Below, piece after piece: positions 1-11,100 of a DNA stretch of 64,000 nt. Positions within the stretch are counted from its first letter, which is position 1, and each line of letters starts with the position of its first letter. The translations under genes were made by a program, and so were the position numbers. Under the pieces are notes generated by a model. It was not told the DNA's origin and made no database searches. It saw nothing but the letters and a program-made list of their open reading frames with translations. This stretch comes from Candidatus Eiseniibacteriota bacterium. Its GTDB lineage: Bacteria; Eisenbacteria; RBG-16-71-46; CAVPCR01. The stretch covers positions 1,792,001 to 1,856,000 of the forward strand of contig CAWGMA010000001.1 in assembly GCA_963823555.1 (NCBI GenBank), read 5' to 3'.

Positions 1-968
1 GATGGCGGAGCGTCCAGTTCAACCTGCGAAACGCTCTGGACCCGGCTCTTGGCGGCGGGGATGAGCCCCTCGAGTAACCCGACAATTCGGCCCCCCAGGA
101 CCTTGGCCTGTTCGCCGGAGCGCGCCACCACGGTGACGCGGATCGGGGTCGACGAGGATGGGATCTGGTTGATCCAGCTTGCGACCTCGATCATGACCGG
201 CGGCACCTGGCTCCGGGAACTACGCCGGGCCGAGAACTCCGATCCCTTCTCCATCAGGAGATCGTCCCCGTTGAAGACGAAGAGCGGATGCTCCAGATCG
301 CCGCTCCGGTAGGCGGACACCTCGAAGCCGTCACCTACGAATGTGCGCTTGTTCCCTGCCCGATCGAAGCTGGTGAAGACATAGGAATAGGTGCGACCTG
401 GCACCGCTGTCGCGCCCCCCCTTTCTTGCCCGTCCCAAGCGATCTCACGTGGCGGCTTTCCCTTTCCCTCGAAGGCGGCCACCGGGTTGCCGCGGCCGTC
501 CACGACCTCGAGGCGCCAGCGGTCCACGCCTTCCATGGAAGGGTGAAACACGGCGACCGAACCGGTGGTGAACTCCTCGAGCCAGGGATGCCCCAGGTAG
601 GGGCAAGGCGCCCAGGTCGAGGACGTGAAGAGCGGAACGGTCATATCAGGGAAGGTGCGGTTCAGTACGTCTTCGATGCTGCCCCAGTCGAGACCAGGGG
701 CTGTTTCGGGAGCGAGATCGAGTGCGAGCGGAGGCCGCTCGTAATCGATGTGGATGCGATCCTCGCCCTCGACCGTCAGGCTGCGGAACGCCGTACCGTC
801 CTCACCACCGTGGAGGACGAGGCCGGGGTCGGCGTCCGGCGCCGGGTCGGCGGCAAGAGCTCGGCCACTAGGCGCCAGCAGGATGCCGGTCGCGACGATT
901 GCGACCAGCCATGGACGGCCATGGGATGCCCGGCCGAGCGGACGGCGATGGGTGATCGACGAAGACAT
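1..968 (-). CDS. Secreted protein with FlgD-type Ig domain and possible degenerate OmpA-like C-terminus (3'-partial, runs off the window edge)
   Basis: Absent from the ORF track because it has no stop in the window. Manual translation from ATG 968 (GGGAGA RBS) is open to position 1. Signal-like WLVAIVATGILLAPSGRALAA, then WRLEVVDGRGNPVAAFEGKGKPPREIAWDG...PGRTYSYVFTSFDRAGN, which closely resembles the C-terminal domain of 6785-8071. Confidence 0.8.
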   Translation of the reverse strand, partial: MSSSITHRRPLGRASHGRPWLVAIVATGILLAPSGRALAADPAPDADPGLVLHGGEDGTAFRSLTVEGEDRIHIDYERPPLALDLAPETAPGLDWGSIEDVLNRTFPDMTVPLFTSSTWAPCPYLGHPWLEEFTTGSVAVFHPSMEGVDRWRLEVVDGRGNPVAAFEGKGKPPREIAWDGQERGGATAVPGRTYSYVFTSFDRAGNKRTFVGDGFEVSAYRSGDLEHPLFVFNGDDLLMEKGSEFSARRSSRSQVPPVMIEVASWINQIPSSSTPIRVTVVARSGEQAKVLGGRIVGLLEGLIPAAKSRVQSVSQVELDAPP

Positions 969-985
969 GACACATCTCCCGAATA

Positions 986-1972
986 TCAATGAGCGTCGGT
1001 GAGGCGGAAGTGAAATGTGATCCGCCCCCACTGCTCGCCGGTACGACCGGCGCTCAACGGCTTGAACCTCCAGGCCCGAAGCGCGGCGCGAGCGCTGTCA
1101 TCGAACTCCTCGAAACCCGCCGTCTTCTCGACGACGATGTTCTCCTTGATCGTGCCGTCGGACCGCACCACGAAGTAGAGCGTCACCGACGCTTCGATGC
1201 CTTCCCGCTTCGCCCACTCGGGATAGACCGCGGCGACATAGCTGGCGATGGGACGGTCGGCGATCGGGCCCAGGAGAGAGGCCCCGGCCAGCGTGCGCAT
1301 CGAGTTGGGCGACCCCCCAGCTTCCGGCTCGGCGGGGGCATCGGCCTTGGTTTCCGGGAGCGCCGCCATGCGCAGCGGCCGCCCGGAGGTCGGAGCCGAT
1401 CCCCGAGTCAGAGCCAGCGGGGCGTTGCCGCTCTCCTGCCCACCCTCGCGGCGAAGGGCGATAGGCGGCGCGGCTGTGCTGAGGGGGGAGCCGTCCGGTC
1501 GTCCCGCCCGGCTCTTCCACAGTCCAGGTAGCTCGACGGCAGAGGCCACGCTCGCCCCGACCGGGGCCGGGGACTTGCGATCGAGCTTGGCCAAGCGTGC
1601 TTCGAGCCGGTCCGCGATGGCGATATCAGATTGCGGTCGCACCACGACATCGGCATCTTCGTCGCGGGCGAAACGCTCCTCCTCGGGTTTGGCTCCGATG
1701 CCGGGGGTGCTTGGGCCCGGGATCGCCTGACCGGGATTGCCGCTCACGGTCTCCTCGCCCTTCGACACAGGCGCCGGACTCGCAGGCGTCATCGCCGCGA
1801 GCTCGTCATCGGTGAGGAAGGTGATCTCGGTGATCACCTCCCCTTCGGCGTCGGGGGATGGCACGAAGACGAGCCACATCAGGAGCATGGCGTGCACCAG
1901 CACGCTCGTGCCCATCGCCCAGCGGGTACGGCTACGGGCCTCCGTCCGGTCGCGATTGAGAGGGGCGATCAT
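986..1972 (-). CDS. tonB: TonB family energy transducer
   Basis: N-terminal TM SVLVHAMLL (SxxxH motif), Pro-rich linker, TonB_C domain YPEWAKREGIEASVTLYFVVRSDG...FDDSARAALRAWRFKP. Confidence 0.9.
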   Translation of the reverse strand: MIAPLNRDRTEARSRTRWAMGTSVLVHAMLLMWLVFVPSPDAEGEVITEITFLTDDELAAMTPASPAPVSKGEETVSGNPGQAIPGPSTPGIGAKPEEERFARDEDADVVVRPQSDIAIADRLEARLAKLDRKSPAPVGASVASAVELPGLWKSRAGRPDGSPLSTAAPPIALRREGGQESGNAPLALTRGSAPTSGRPLRMAALPETKADAPAEPEAGGSPNSMRTLAGASLLGPIADRPIASYVAAVYPEWAKREGIEASVTLYFVVRSDGTIKENIVVEKTAGFEEFDDSARAALRAWRFKPLSAGRTGEQWGRITFHFRLTDAH

Positions 1973-2448
1973 GGGTGCATCCCTCCCGCCGTCCAGCCAA
2001 CGTTCGCACCGGCTTGCTGGCGAGTGGCCACGGCGAGATGGGTAGCGCCGGCGGCCCGGGCCTCGGTCAGGAGCTTCTCCACCGCAGCATGGGACGCCGC
2101 AGAGTCGGCCCGCACGACGACGAGCACGTCCGCGTTTCCGGGCTCAGCCAGCCGCGCTGCGAGCGTGACCCGCAGTAGCTCGGGGGTGATGAAGTCACGA
2201 TCGATCGCGACCTCCCCGTCCGGTCCCAGGGTGATGCTCACGTTGCGCTGGTCCTCCGCGTCGCGCGTTCGCGCCGGCGGGAGGTTCACTTCCAGATCCG
2301 CCACCGACAGCATCGGCGCCGTCACCAGGAGGATGATGACGAGCACGAGAGCCACGTCGATGATCGGCGTCACGTTGATGCGAGTAATGAGATCGCGATG
2401 CGGGTTGGCGCTCGAGACCGTCTTCCGCATGTTCTTGCTTCGCTTCAT
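1969..2448 (-). CDS. exbD: ExbD/TolR biopolymer transport protein
   Basis: INVTPIIDVALVLVIILLVTAP TM with the conserved Asp, and VVVRAD motif. Start at 2448 or 2430. Confidence 0.88.
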   Translation of the reverse strand: MKRSKNMRKTVSSANPHRDLITRINVTPIIDVALVLVIILLVTAPMLSVADLEVNLPPARTRDAEDQRNVSITLGPDGEVAIDRDFITPELLRVTLAARLAEPGNADVLVVVRADSAASHAAVEKLLTEARAAGATHLAVATRQQAGANVGWTAGGMHP

Positions 2449-2449
2449 G

Positions 2450-2860
2450 TCATCGTCCCACGACGGCGATTTCACCAGCGCCGAGCTGCTTGGCCTCGTC
2501 CAGCACGCCGACGAAGATTCCATGGGCGACGCCCGGAGCGCAGCGCACGATCACGCGCCCGGTCGAACTCTGGGCGAGCAGTGGACCCAATTGCTCCGCC
2601 AGCATCTCACGAGGCAGCTCGGTGCGATTGACGACCACCAGTTCGTTGTCCGGGATCTCGATCTCGATCCGCTCCGCTTCGCTTTCAACGGGAGCCTTCC
2701 GCCCGCTGGCCGACGCCTGGCGGACGGCGATGCTCGACTGGAAGGCCAGCGGCATGGCCACCATCAGGATGACGACGAGAACCAGGGACACATCGATGAG
2801 CGGCGTCAAGTTGACGTCGTGAATGCTATCGAGGACCCGCTTGCGAGCGATGTTCGCCAC
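2450..2860 (-). CDS. exbD: ExbD/TolR biopolymer transport protein (second paralog)
   Basis: VNLTPLIDVSLVLVVILMV TM with the conserved Asp. GTG start after a GGAGAG RBS. Confidence 0.88.
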   Translation of the reverse strand: MANIARKRVLDSIHDVNLTPLIDVSLVLVVILMVAMPLAFQSSIAVRQASASGRKAPVESEAERIEIEIPDNELVVVNRTELPREMLAEQLGPLLAQSSTGRVIVRCAPGVAHGIFVGVLDEAKQLGAGEIAVVGR

Positions 2861-2876
2861 AGTGCTCTCCTTGCCC

Positions 2877-3560
2877 CTACGCCGCGCGCTCGATGGGGTG
2901 CAGGGTCGGACGTCCGGGCTCCGGCCGCCGCTCGCGGGTGGCGACCTCCGCCTCGTGCGCCAGGCGCAGGGTGCGAGCGTGGTTCTCAGCCACGGTGAGC
3001 ATCACCGTCGTCTGGCGAGCGAAGTGGTTGTAGAAGATGACGGCCGGCACCGCCACCACGAGGCCGGCGGCGGTCGTGAGCAGCGCTTCGGCGACGCCGG
3101 CGGCGACGACCGAGGGCCCGGCCGAACCGGTGGCTGCCATGTCGTGGAAGGCGCGCATGATGCCCCATACCGTCCCGAGCAGTCCGACCAGGGGCGTGGT
3201 GTTGCCCATCGTGCCCAGCACCCCGAGGTTGCGCTCGAAGGACAACCGCTCCGCGCTGAGGGTGATGGCAAGCTGCTCCTCGATGACATCCGGCGGTTGC
3301 TGCGCATTCTCGAGCACCGTCGTCCCGGCTCGACCGAAGGGATGAGGCGTCGAGGCCAGCGCGTGCAAGGCGCCCCTGGTGTCGCCGCCGCGCACGCCGA
3401 TCAGAGCCGCTCCCAGCACGGCGTCCGGGTTTCCCCGCCGCTTCCAGAAGTAGATGCTGCGCTCGATGATGAATCCCAGCACGAGCACGCTGCAGCCGAG
3501 GATGATCATCATCACCGGGCTCGAACGGACAGCCCCGATCCAGTCGAAGTTCGCGAACAT
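2877..3560 (-). CDS. exbB: ExbB/TolQ/MotA proton channel protein
   Basis: LGTMGNTTPLVGLLGTVWGIMRAF and GVAEALLTTAAGLVVAVPAVIFYNHF motifs. Confidence 0.93.
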   Translation of the reverse strand: MFANFDWIGAVRSSPVMMIILGCSVLVLGFIIERSIYFWKRRGNPDAVLGAALIGVRGGDTRGALHALASTPHPFGRAGTTVLENAQQPPDVIEEQLAITLSAERLSFERNLGVLGTMGNTTPLVGLLGTVWGIMRAFHDMAATGSAGPSVVAAGVAEALLTTAAGLVVAVPAVIFYNHFARQTTVMLTVAENHARTLRLAHEAEVATRERRPEPGRPTLHPIERAA

Positions 3561-3593
3561 CAGACCTCTCCTCTATGTCGTCGCCGTTCCGGT

Positions 3594-6500
3594 TCAGTCG
3601 GTCGCCGGGCTCTTTCCGGCGGCGCCGGATGTGAGCTCGCCGGCTCGACCCGCGGCCGCGGCGGCGAGCTCGCGGTCGGCGGTGTGCTGAGCGATGTCCC
3701 GATAGGCCTTGGCCGCCCGGGCTCCATCACCCTTCTGCTCGTAGATGGCCGCGGCCCGCGCCAGCGCCGAAAGGCGGAAGGGATCGTCCTTCGGCTCACC
3801 GGCGGCCACCTGACGATAGACCTCAAGCGCCGGTTCGGAGTCGCCGAGCTGCTCCCAGCATTGGCCGAGCCGGTAGCCCAGTTCGAGTTTGAGGGCGGGG
3901 TCGGTGGCGCGCTCGAACGCGTGGCCGAAGGCAGCCGCTGCCTCCGACCAGCGCTCGGCCGCGCCATGAAGGTCACCGAGCTGGTAGGACACGAGTGCCG
4001 ATCGCTCGTCGTCGCCATACTCGCTCTGATAGTGCTCGAGCGTGGCCAGGGCGGCCTCATCATCGCCCAGCTCGCGCTGGCACAGCGCAAGGTTGAACCG
4101 CGCCGCGGAGGCCATGTCGGTCGAGAGGCTGTCATCGAGCACACCCGTGAACATGATGGCGGCCTTGAGATGCTCACGAGCCTCGAATTGCAGCATGCCC
4201 AGCCGGAAGCTCACTGCCGGGCGCAAGTCGCTGTTCGGGAAGTAGCTCAAGAACTGCTCGTACGCGAGGCGAGCCTCGGCCGCGGCCCCGGTCCGCGCAT
4301 AGCAATCGGCCAGCAAGTACTGCGCCCGATCGGCGGACGAATGCTCCGGGAAGCGGGTCACGACCTGGCGGAAGGACTCGGCAGCCGCCGCATGGTCCTC
4401 CTTCTCGTACTGCTTGCGCGCGATCTCGAACTGCGCGTCGCCGGCGAAGGAGCTCGCAGGATACTGCTCAACCAGCTTCGCCAGCACCGCGGTGCCGCTG
4501 TCGCTCTGTCCGAGGCGGTAGAGAGCCTGCTCGGTGCCCCGTTCCGCCTCACGGGCGACGTGGCTTCCGGGGAACGCAGTCATCGTTCTGGCGAATCCGT
4601 CAATGGCCTCGACATCGCGCCCGGCATTGTAGTCGCACTGCGCGAGCCGCAGCATGGCCACGGCGGCAGCCGGGGTCTCGGCGAAATGACCGAGCAACCC
4701 CCTGTAGCAGCGCTGCGCATCGCTGTAGCGCTCGGCCTGGAAGTACAGATCCCCGGCCCGGGCCCAGGCCCGTTCGGCGACGGGCGCGTCGGGAGCGGCC
4801 GTGATCACTTCCTCCCAGCGATCGACCGCATCGCCGGCGCGATCGCGGCGCATGTAGCAGAGACCCGCCTGGTAGAGCGCCAGGAGTCGGTCGGGATGGG
4901 TGGGGAAGCGCTGGGCGAAGTCGTCGTAGGCAGCCCCGGCGGCGACATAGCTCCTTCTGATTGAAGCGCGCGTGCGCGATGTGCAGGTAGGCTGGGCTCA
5001 GGTCCTCACTGTCACTCTGACCGTAACGCGCGATCATGCGCTCTTCGGTGGCGATGGCCAGGCTGTCGCGGCCCTGGCGAGCATAGGTCCAGGCCAGGAG
5101 CCGGTTGGCTGCCAGTCCGATCTGATGCTCGGGGAACTCCTTGAACAGGCGATCGAGCGTCTTCTCGACATCGGCATGGCGCCCGAGGGCGGCCAGCGCA
5201 TCGGCATCATAGAGGAGCGCGTTGGCCCGCCACGGTGAGTTCGACGGCGGCATGCGTTCGAGCAGCAGGTGAGGAGCACCGGCCAGCTGCCCGAGGTTTC
5301 CAGCCCGGTGATAGGAGAGCTCGAGCAGGCACAGCGCAGCCTCGACCAGCTCCTGATTCTCGGGAGAAGTGAAGACCAGCGCCCCGTTCCCGGCGGCGGA
5401 TGGGGCATAGCGATCGATGACGAGCTGGAAGTAGGGAGCGGCTACCAGCGGGCGATCGAGCTTGAGCAGGCCGACGCCGGCGAGATAGGCCGCAGCCGGA
5501 GCTTCCGGGGCCAGGGGATAGCCGGCCACCACCGCCTGATACGAGCTCGTCGCCTCGGCTTCCCGGCCCAGACCGGCCAGGCAGCGTGCCACCCGGTACT
5601 GCGCGCTGGCTGCAACGGAGTGGTCGAAGTACGAGGTGAGAACGCGGTTGAAATCGAGGATGGCGGCATCGTACTGACCACCGCGGTACTCGATCTCTCC
5701 GATCAGGAACTGCGCCCGCGCGCCGACGTCTGTGCCCTGGTAGTCCCCCCCGACGCTTCTGAGGAGGGCGATGGCGGAATCCGGAGCCCCGGCCAGGAAC
5801 ACCGCCGCCGCAGAACGGAGCGCGGCCTCGCCGCGAATCTCCTGTTCACCGGTGCCTTCGGCCACGCGAGCGAACTCCTGGGCCGCGCTCTTGTAGTCCC
5901 GGCTGGAGAGGAACACGTTGGCCTTGGCCAGAGCGGCCGCATCGGCCATGGGTGAATCCGGATAGCGGTCGACCACCTCCTTGAAGAGCGCCGCCGCCTT
6001 GAGCACCGAGCCCGTGCGGCTATGGGCCAGGGCTCGCAGGTAGACGGCCTCTGGGCAATCGTCGGCGGTCTCGAGTGCGGCCAGCGTCTCCGCCGGCTTG
6101 TCGCTCAGGTAGAGCGTCGCGCCGCGGGCCAGAGCCACCCGCGGATCACTGGCAAGAGCGGCGTTGAGCTTCGCGATCTGCTGCAAGAGCTGGCCGGCCT
6201 CATCCACCTTGCCCCGGCGCATGGCGTTCCAGGCGCGGGCCAGGCAAGCCTCACCGCGAAGCGGGCTCGACTCGTACCGACGATCCCATTTCGACCATTC
6301 ATCGGCGGCCTCGGCGTCCTTGCCGGCAGCTTCCAGGGAGCGGATGCGCGCGAAGTCGGCATCATCGGCGAATGGGCCCCCATCGCGCGCCGCCTGCTTG
6401 AACCGTTCAGTCGCCTGGTGCGCGGCGCCGAGATCGAGCTCGAGCTGACCCTGGAGGAAATCCGCCGCTCCGCGGTCGGCCCCGGTGAGGCCATCTCGCT

Positions 6501-6738
6501 TCACGATGTTCAGCTCGTTGGCCACGCTCTCCAGCGACTGGAGGCGTTCCGCGCCTTCCATCAATCGGGCCTCTTCATAGGCCCGACCGAGCGCGGAAAG
6601 CTGGTCCCGAGCTTCCGGCCCCGAGGCCTGGGCTGAGCCACGGGCAAAGGGACCGCAGATCCCCAGCAGGCAGAACGCCACCCCCCCCACCCATCTCGCC
6701 CATCGGGCGCGCCGGCGGTACCATGCCGCTTGCCTCAT
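3594..6738 (-). CDS. Large periplasmic TPR protein (~1047 aa), one extra base near 4953
   Basis: Signal peptide from ATG 6738 (GGAG RBS) and many CpoB/BamD-type TPR pairs (YPDSPMADAA, YPASSFAGDAQF, FPEHSSADRAQY). Removing one G in AAG-G-AGC-TAT joins the two track ORFs into a continuous TPR array (...FNQKSYVAAGAAYDDFAQRFP...). Confidence 0.85.
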
Positions 6739-6784
6739 CGTTGACTCCTCTCCTCGAAACGTAGCCTGTCTGGCAAGGGGCACC

Positions 6785-8071
6785 TCAGTCGACCGGGACG
6801 ACCTCGATCCTCCCCTGAGGCCCACCGGTCGCGATCTCGACATGCTCGACCGCGCTCGCCATCTCGCGTCCCTCGCTGTCGAGCACGGTGAGCTGGTAGC
6901 GATAGACACCGTCGGGAAGCGGCAATCCGGCCTCATCCTTGCCATCCCACATGAGATGCGCAGGAGGCGTGCCTTGCCCGGCGAATCGGCGCACGGCCTC
7001 GTCGGACTTGTCGCGGATAACGAGGCTCCACTTCTCGGTATCGGCCTTGGTGCGCGCGGTGAGATTGATCTTGGTGACAGCCTTCTCCCCGGTCGGCGAG
7101 AAGATGTCGGGTTCGGCCTTCGAGCTCGCGAAGAATCCGCCGAAGCGATAGGACAGACCGACCCGGTGCACGAAGCCCAGGTCATGATCCGCCAGCCCGT
7201 AGTCGAGCTGGAAGCGGCGATCGAAGCGGTAGCTCACGCCTCCCGCCGCCGCCTGGTCTCCGTACCCGAGGCGCAGGCCGAGCTGCGGCTGCAGCCAGTA
7301 CTCGCTGCCCCCGCGCAGGCGGAAACCGGAGCCCGAGACGTGGTCGACCTCAGCGGTGACGAGGCCGCGTCCACCGAGAATGGCCGCCGAGAGTCCGCCC
7401 CTGACCTCGAACGGGAAGCGCTCGTCCACCTCGCGCAGCGACACGTTGGGGCCGCCGACGTTGAGCACCGAGGCACCAACCCGCAGGTTGGGAGCTACGT
7501 TCATCATGGCGCCGAGATCGAAACCGACGCCGCCCCCGCTCCAGTCCTCCACCGACTGGTGAACGATCTTGACATTGCCCCCGATGGAGAGGCGCGGGGA
7601 CAGTCCCTTGGCCACGCTGATGAGAAAGGCCGTATCGCCCGTTCCGAACGTGCCCAGGGGATCGTTCAGCTCATTCGTGCGTTCGAACTGACCCGAGCCA
7701 AGGTGGATCATGCTGACGCCCAGGCTCGGCAGCCGGCTGCGCCGGCTCCCCGGCACGGCGAAGCTGAACCCGTTCATCGCCGTATCCTCGAAGAGCCGTG
7801 CGGTCTCGAAGCGCACCTCGTTCTGCTCGAGCACCGTGAGGCCGGCGGGATTCCACACGACACCGAGCGGTTCATCAGCGGTGGCGACGAAGGCTCCACC
7901 GAGCCCGAGCGTGCGCGCCCCGACATAGTCGGAGAGCCAACCTCCCGGGATTCCGCCCTGCTCATCGGCGGCGGCCGCCGCCCCGGCGGCCAGAAGTCCG
8001 GCCATGGCCAGGCAGAGGGCGCCGGCATGCGCCGGGGCGCGACGACGATTGCGACTTGAGTTGCGATTCAT
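6785..8071 (-). CDS. PorV/PorQ-like (UPF0164/FadL-like) outer-membrane beta-barrel with C-terminal FlgD-type Ig domain
   Basis: Signal peptide, N-terminal GARTLGLGGAFVATADEPLGVVWNPAGL motif, amphipathic strands ending HRVGLSYRFG, then FSPTG...WSLVIRD...WDGKDEAGLPLPDGVYRY. Confidence 0.82.
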   Translation of the reverse strand: MNRNSSRNRRRAPAHAGALCLAMAGLLAAGAAAAADEQGGIPGGWLSDYVGARTLGLGGAFVATADEPLGVVWNPAGLTVLEQNEVRFETARLFEDTAMNGFSFAVPGSRRSRLPSLGVSMIHLGSGQFERTNELNDPLGTFGTGDTAFLISVAKGLSPRLSIGGNVKIVHQSVEDWSGGGVGFDLGAMMNVAPNLRVGASVLNVGGPNVSLREVDERFPFEVRGGLSAAILGGRGLVTAEVDHVSGSGFRLRGGSEYWLQPQLGLRLGYGDQAAAGGVSYRFDRRFQLDYGLADHDLGFVHRVGLSYRFGGFFASSKAEPDIFSPTGEKAVTKINLTARTKADTEKWSLVIRDKSDEAVRRFAGQGTPPAHLMWDGKDEAGLPLPDGVYRYQLTVLDSEGREMASAVEHVEIATGGPQGRIEVVPVD

Positions 8072-8120
8072 GAAGCTCACCCCTCGTTGTGCGCGAAAGC
8101 ACGCTCCGGCATCGACCGGG

Positions 8121-11100
8121 CTAGCGGACAACCGCGACCTTGCGGCGCATGACATGGAGCGTCTCGCCGCCACCCTTGGCCTCGACGTGAACCAGGTACC
8201 CGCCGCTGGCGACGAGGTCCCCGGATCCGCTGCGCCCGTCCCAGGTGAATTCGTTGAGACCCACTGTCCCGCCGGTCGCCCCGGGCGAGAACTCCTCGCG
8301 GCGGACGAGATCGCCCGTGAGCGTGAAGATCTCGAGCACGACGGTCGCGTTGTCGTCGATCTTGTAAGCGATCGTGGTTGCTCCTTGATCGGGATGGAAC
8401 GGATTCGGGTAGTTGGTGATCGTGCCCCCGCCCGCGGTCGGATCGACGAAGGCGGTCTGGAGCTCGAGCTCGGCGCTGAGGTCGCGCGAGCGAGCGCGGA
8501 TGAGAGCCATTTCCGGCTGCCGGGCGCTCAGGTAGTCGGCGGTGGCGATCCCGAGCTCGTTGCTCAGGCTGTCGATCGGACTCAGCACGCCATTCCCCGC
8601 GACCAGCTCGAAGACAACCGGCTCCCCCGGAACCCCATTGGCATAGGCGTCGACGACGTGCGCGCTCAGGGTCGCGTGCCGGTTGCCGCCGAGCCACGAC
8701 GGGTCGCTCGCGAGCTCGCACCGCCGCCGGCACGCCGGGATCGACGGTGAGCACGTTCGAGGCCGCCGGCGCGTTCCCCAGGTCGTCACTGGCGATGAGC
8801 ACGATCGGCTCGGCGAAGGTGTAGGTCTCGCTGATCGAGCGCTGGCCCTGCAGGAGCTGGAATCGAGTGTTGAGGAGCGTCCCCCGCCCCGGCTCGCGGG
8901 TGGAGGCGTTCAGGACCTCGATGGTCACGAACGAATTGATCTCCTGGATCGTGCTGCCGGCGTCATTGGTCACCCGCACCGTGAGGGTGAAGGGCTCCCC
9001 GGCGCGGACCCGATCGGGATCGATCTGTGCTTCGAGATGGAAGCCGCTCGAGATGGCCCGCACCTGGGTCGTGGAGCCCGGACGCGACGGATCGCTGACG
9101 TCCTCGACCGTGATCTGCTGGTAGCCGCCGGTGGCGAGCCGCACGGTGAGATCGGCGGCGCCGTCGGTCAGCGGGGTGTCAGCGGGCAGGGTAGCCAGCG
9201 GGTCGTTCGACGTGATGTGAACGACGTCGCTGACGCCGTGCACGGGATTCCAGTGCTCATCAGTGGCAAGGACCGTGACGGTGAAGGCGTAGTTGATCGA
9301 CTGGTCGGTGGCTTCGCCGCTCCGCCCGCTCTCGGTCCCCGGGGCCGGGTCCTCGCCCGGAGCCAGGATGAGGAGACGAGCGAAGGGACCGGCAACCACG
9401 AGGACCGGGTTCGACGTATCGGGCTCGATCGCCGGCTGGTCGAGGTCCTGCGCCGTGATCTGCTGTTCGCCGGCGAGGAACAGGCGGCAGGGCACGACGA
9501 GCTGGCCATTGACCAGCGCGGTGTCGGCCGGCACCTCGGCGAAGGGATCGGTGGAGGAGAGTGCGACGCGATCGCTGATCCCGCCCACCAGATTCCAGTA
9601 GGCATCGACCGCGCGCACCGTGACCTGGAAGGAACTGCCAGCCGCCTGATCATTGGCCGCGCCCGACTGGCCGGTCGCGGTGCCTCCGAGCGGGGTCTCG
9701 CCGGGCAGGAGGACCTGCAGCTTGACGAAGGGTCCGGGCTGGACCTGGAAGCTCTGGCTGGTTCCGGTATGGGGTGGGGTCGAGAAATCGGCGCACGTGA
9801 AGGCCACTGCCCCGCCCGCCCCACGGAACGTGACCGCGCCGGTCCACACGCCGTCGACGAAGGTCACCAGCTCGGGCGACATGCTGCCAGAGCCGGTGTT
9901 GGCGCTCAGCACGGCATCGCCGCTGAACTCGGGGATTGTGTTGTCGTTGCCGTCGGTGGCTCGGATGGTCACCGTGACCGGACTGCCGGCGACGAGCGGG
10001 GTCGCAAACGGCTCGATCACGAAGTGATCGATGGAGCTCGGGAAGACGGGGATGTCGGCGGTCGTCATCCCTTCGATCCCGCCGTTGGTCTGGTCGGTGA
10101 CGGACAGGGTCTGCATCCCGACCGTGCCGAGCGAGACCTGGAACTGGCGATAGCCGTTGGTGAGGGCGCCGCTCTGCGGCGTGTTGGCCGCGCCATCACT
10201 CGAGAGGAGGCGGACCGTATCGCCGCTGGGAACCGGATTCCAGTAGTCGTCGGTGGCATAGATGTCGACCGGGAACGGCTCGCCTGCCGCCTGCGGGGCG
10301 GGGTTGCCGATCAGGCCGGAGACCTCCCCCGGCACCGGCGTCTCTCCCGGGACCACGATCTGGAGCCGGGCGAAGCTTCCGGGATGGACCACGAAGGGGT
10401 CGCTGGTGCCGTTCTTCTGCGATGCTTGCTCGAGGAAGGCGTAGATGTTGACGTTGCCGCGGTTGATATTGGTCTCGTCGGCCCGGTACATGGTGACCGA
10501 TCCGCTCCACTCGCCCTGGCTCAGGGTCACCCGATCCGGGGAGATCCTCCCTTCGCCGAAGCTCGTGATCTCCTTGAGAGCCACTTCGCCGCTGAAACCG
10601 GTCACCACCTGCCCGTTCGGGTCGCGGGCGCTGAGCGTGATCGACATCGGCACGCCGGCGTACTGGTTCTTCTGCGAGATGCGGGAGAACTCGAATCCAC
10701 GCAGCACGTGCACGGTCACGGCCGTTGAGACACCATCTGGAATCGTGTTGTCCGTGAGATCATGGGCGAAGACCGTGAACGAGCCCGCTGCATTCAGGGC
10801 CACGGTGAACGAACCCTCACCCGCCGCCAGCTGAGCCGGAGCCGGGAGGGTCGCGCTGCCGTCGGAGGCGAGCACCTGAATCGTGTTGGTGATCGTGGAC
10901 GCGGTGCTCCAGGTGTCATCGCAGGCGCGCACCGTGACCTCGAACGGGACCTCGGCGGCCTGGGGAATGGGCGTTCCCGTGCGACCGCTCGGCGTGCCCG
11001 GGGCTGCCGCCTCTCCCGGCAGGAGCACCTGGAGACGAGAGTAGGGGCCCGCGGCGGCTGGCAACGGAGCCAGGAACACCGTCGCGAGGAACGCCGCAAG

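Noticed and set aside
415..421. Possible frameshift at the C7 tract in the first gene
   Set aside because: Counting seven bases keeps the frame open to the window edge.
986..3560. Ordinary Tol-Pal or iron-uptake Ton system
   Set aside because: There is no tolB, pal or TonB-dependent receptor in view, there are two ExbD paralogs, and the genes are coupled to TPR, barrel and cargo genes. Not fully excluded, because the operon leaves the window.
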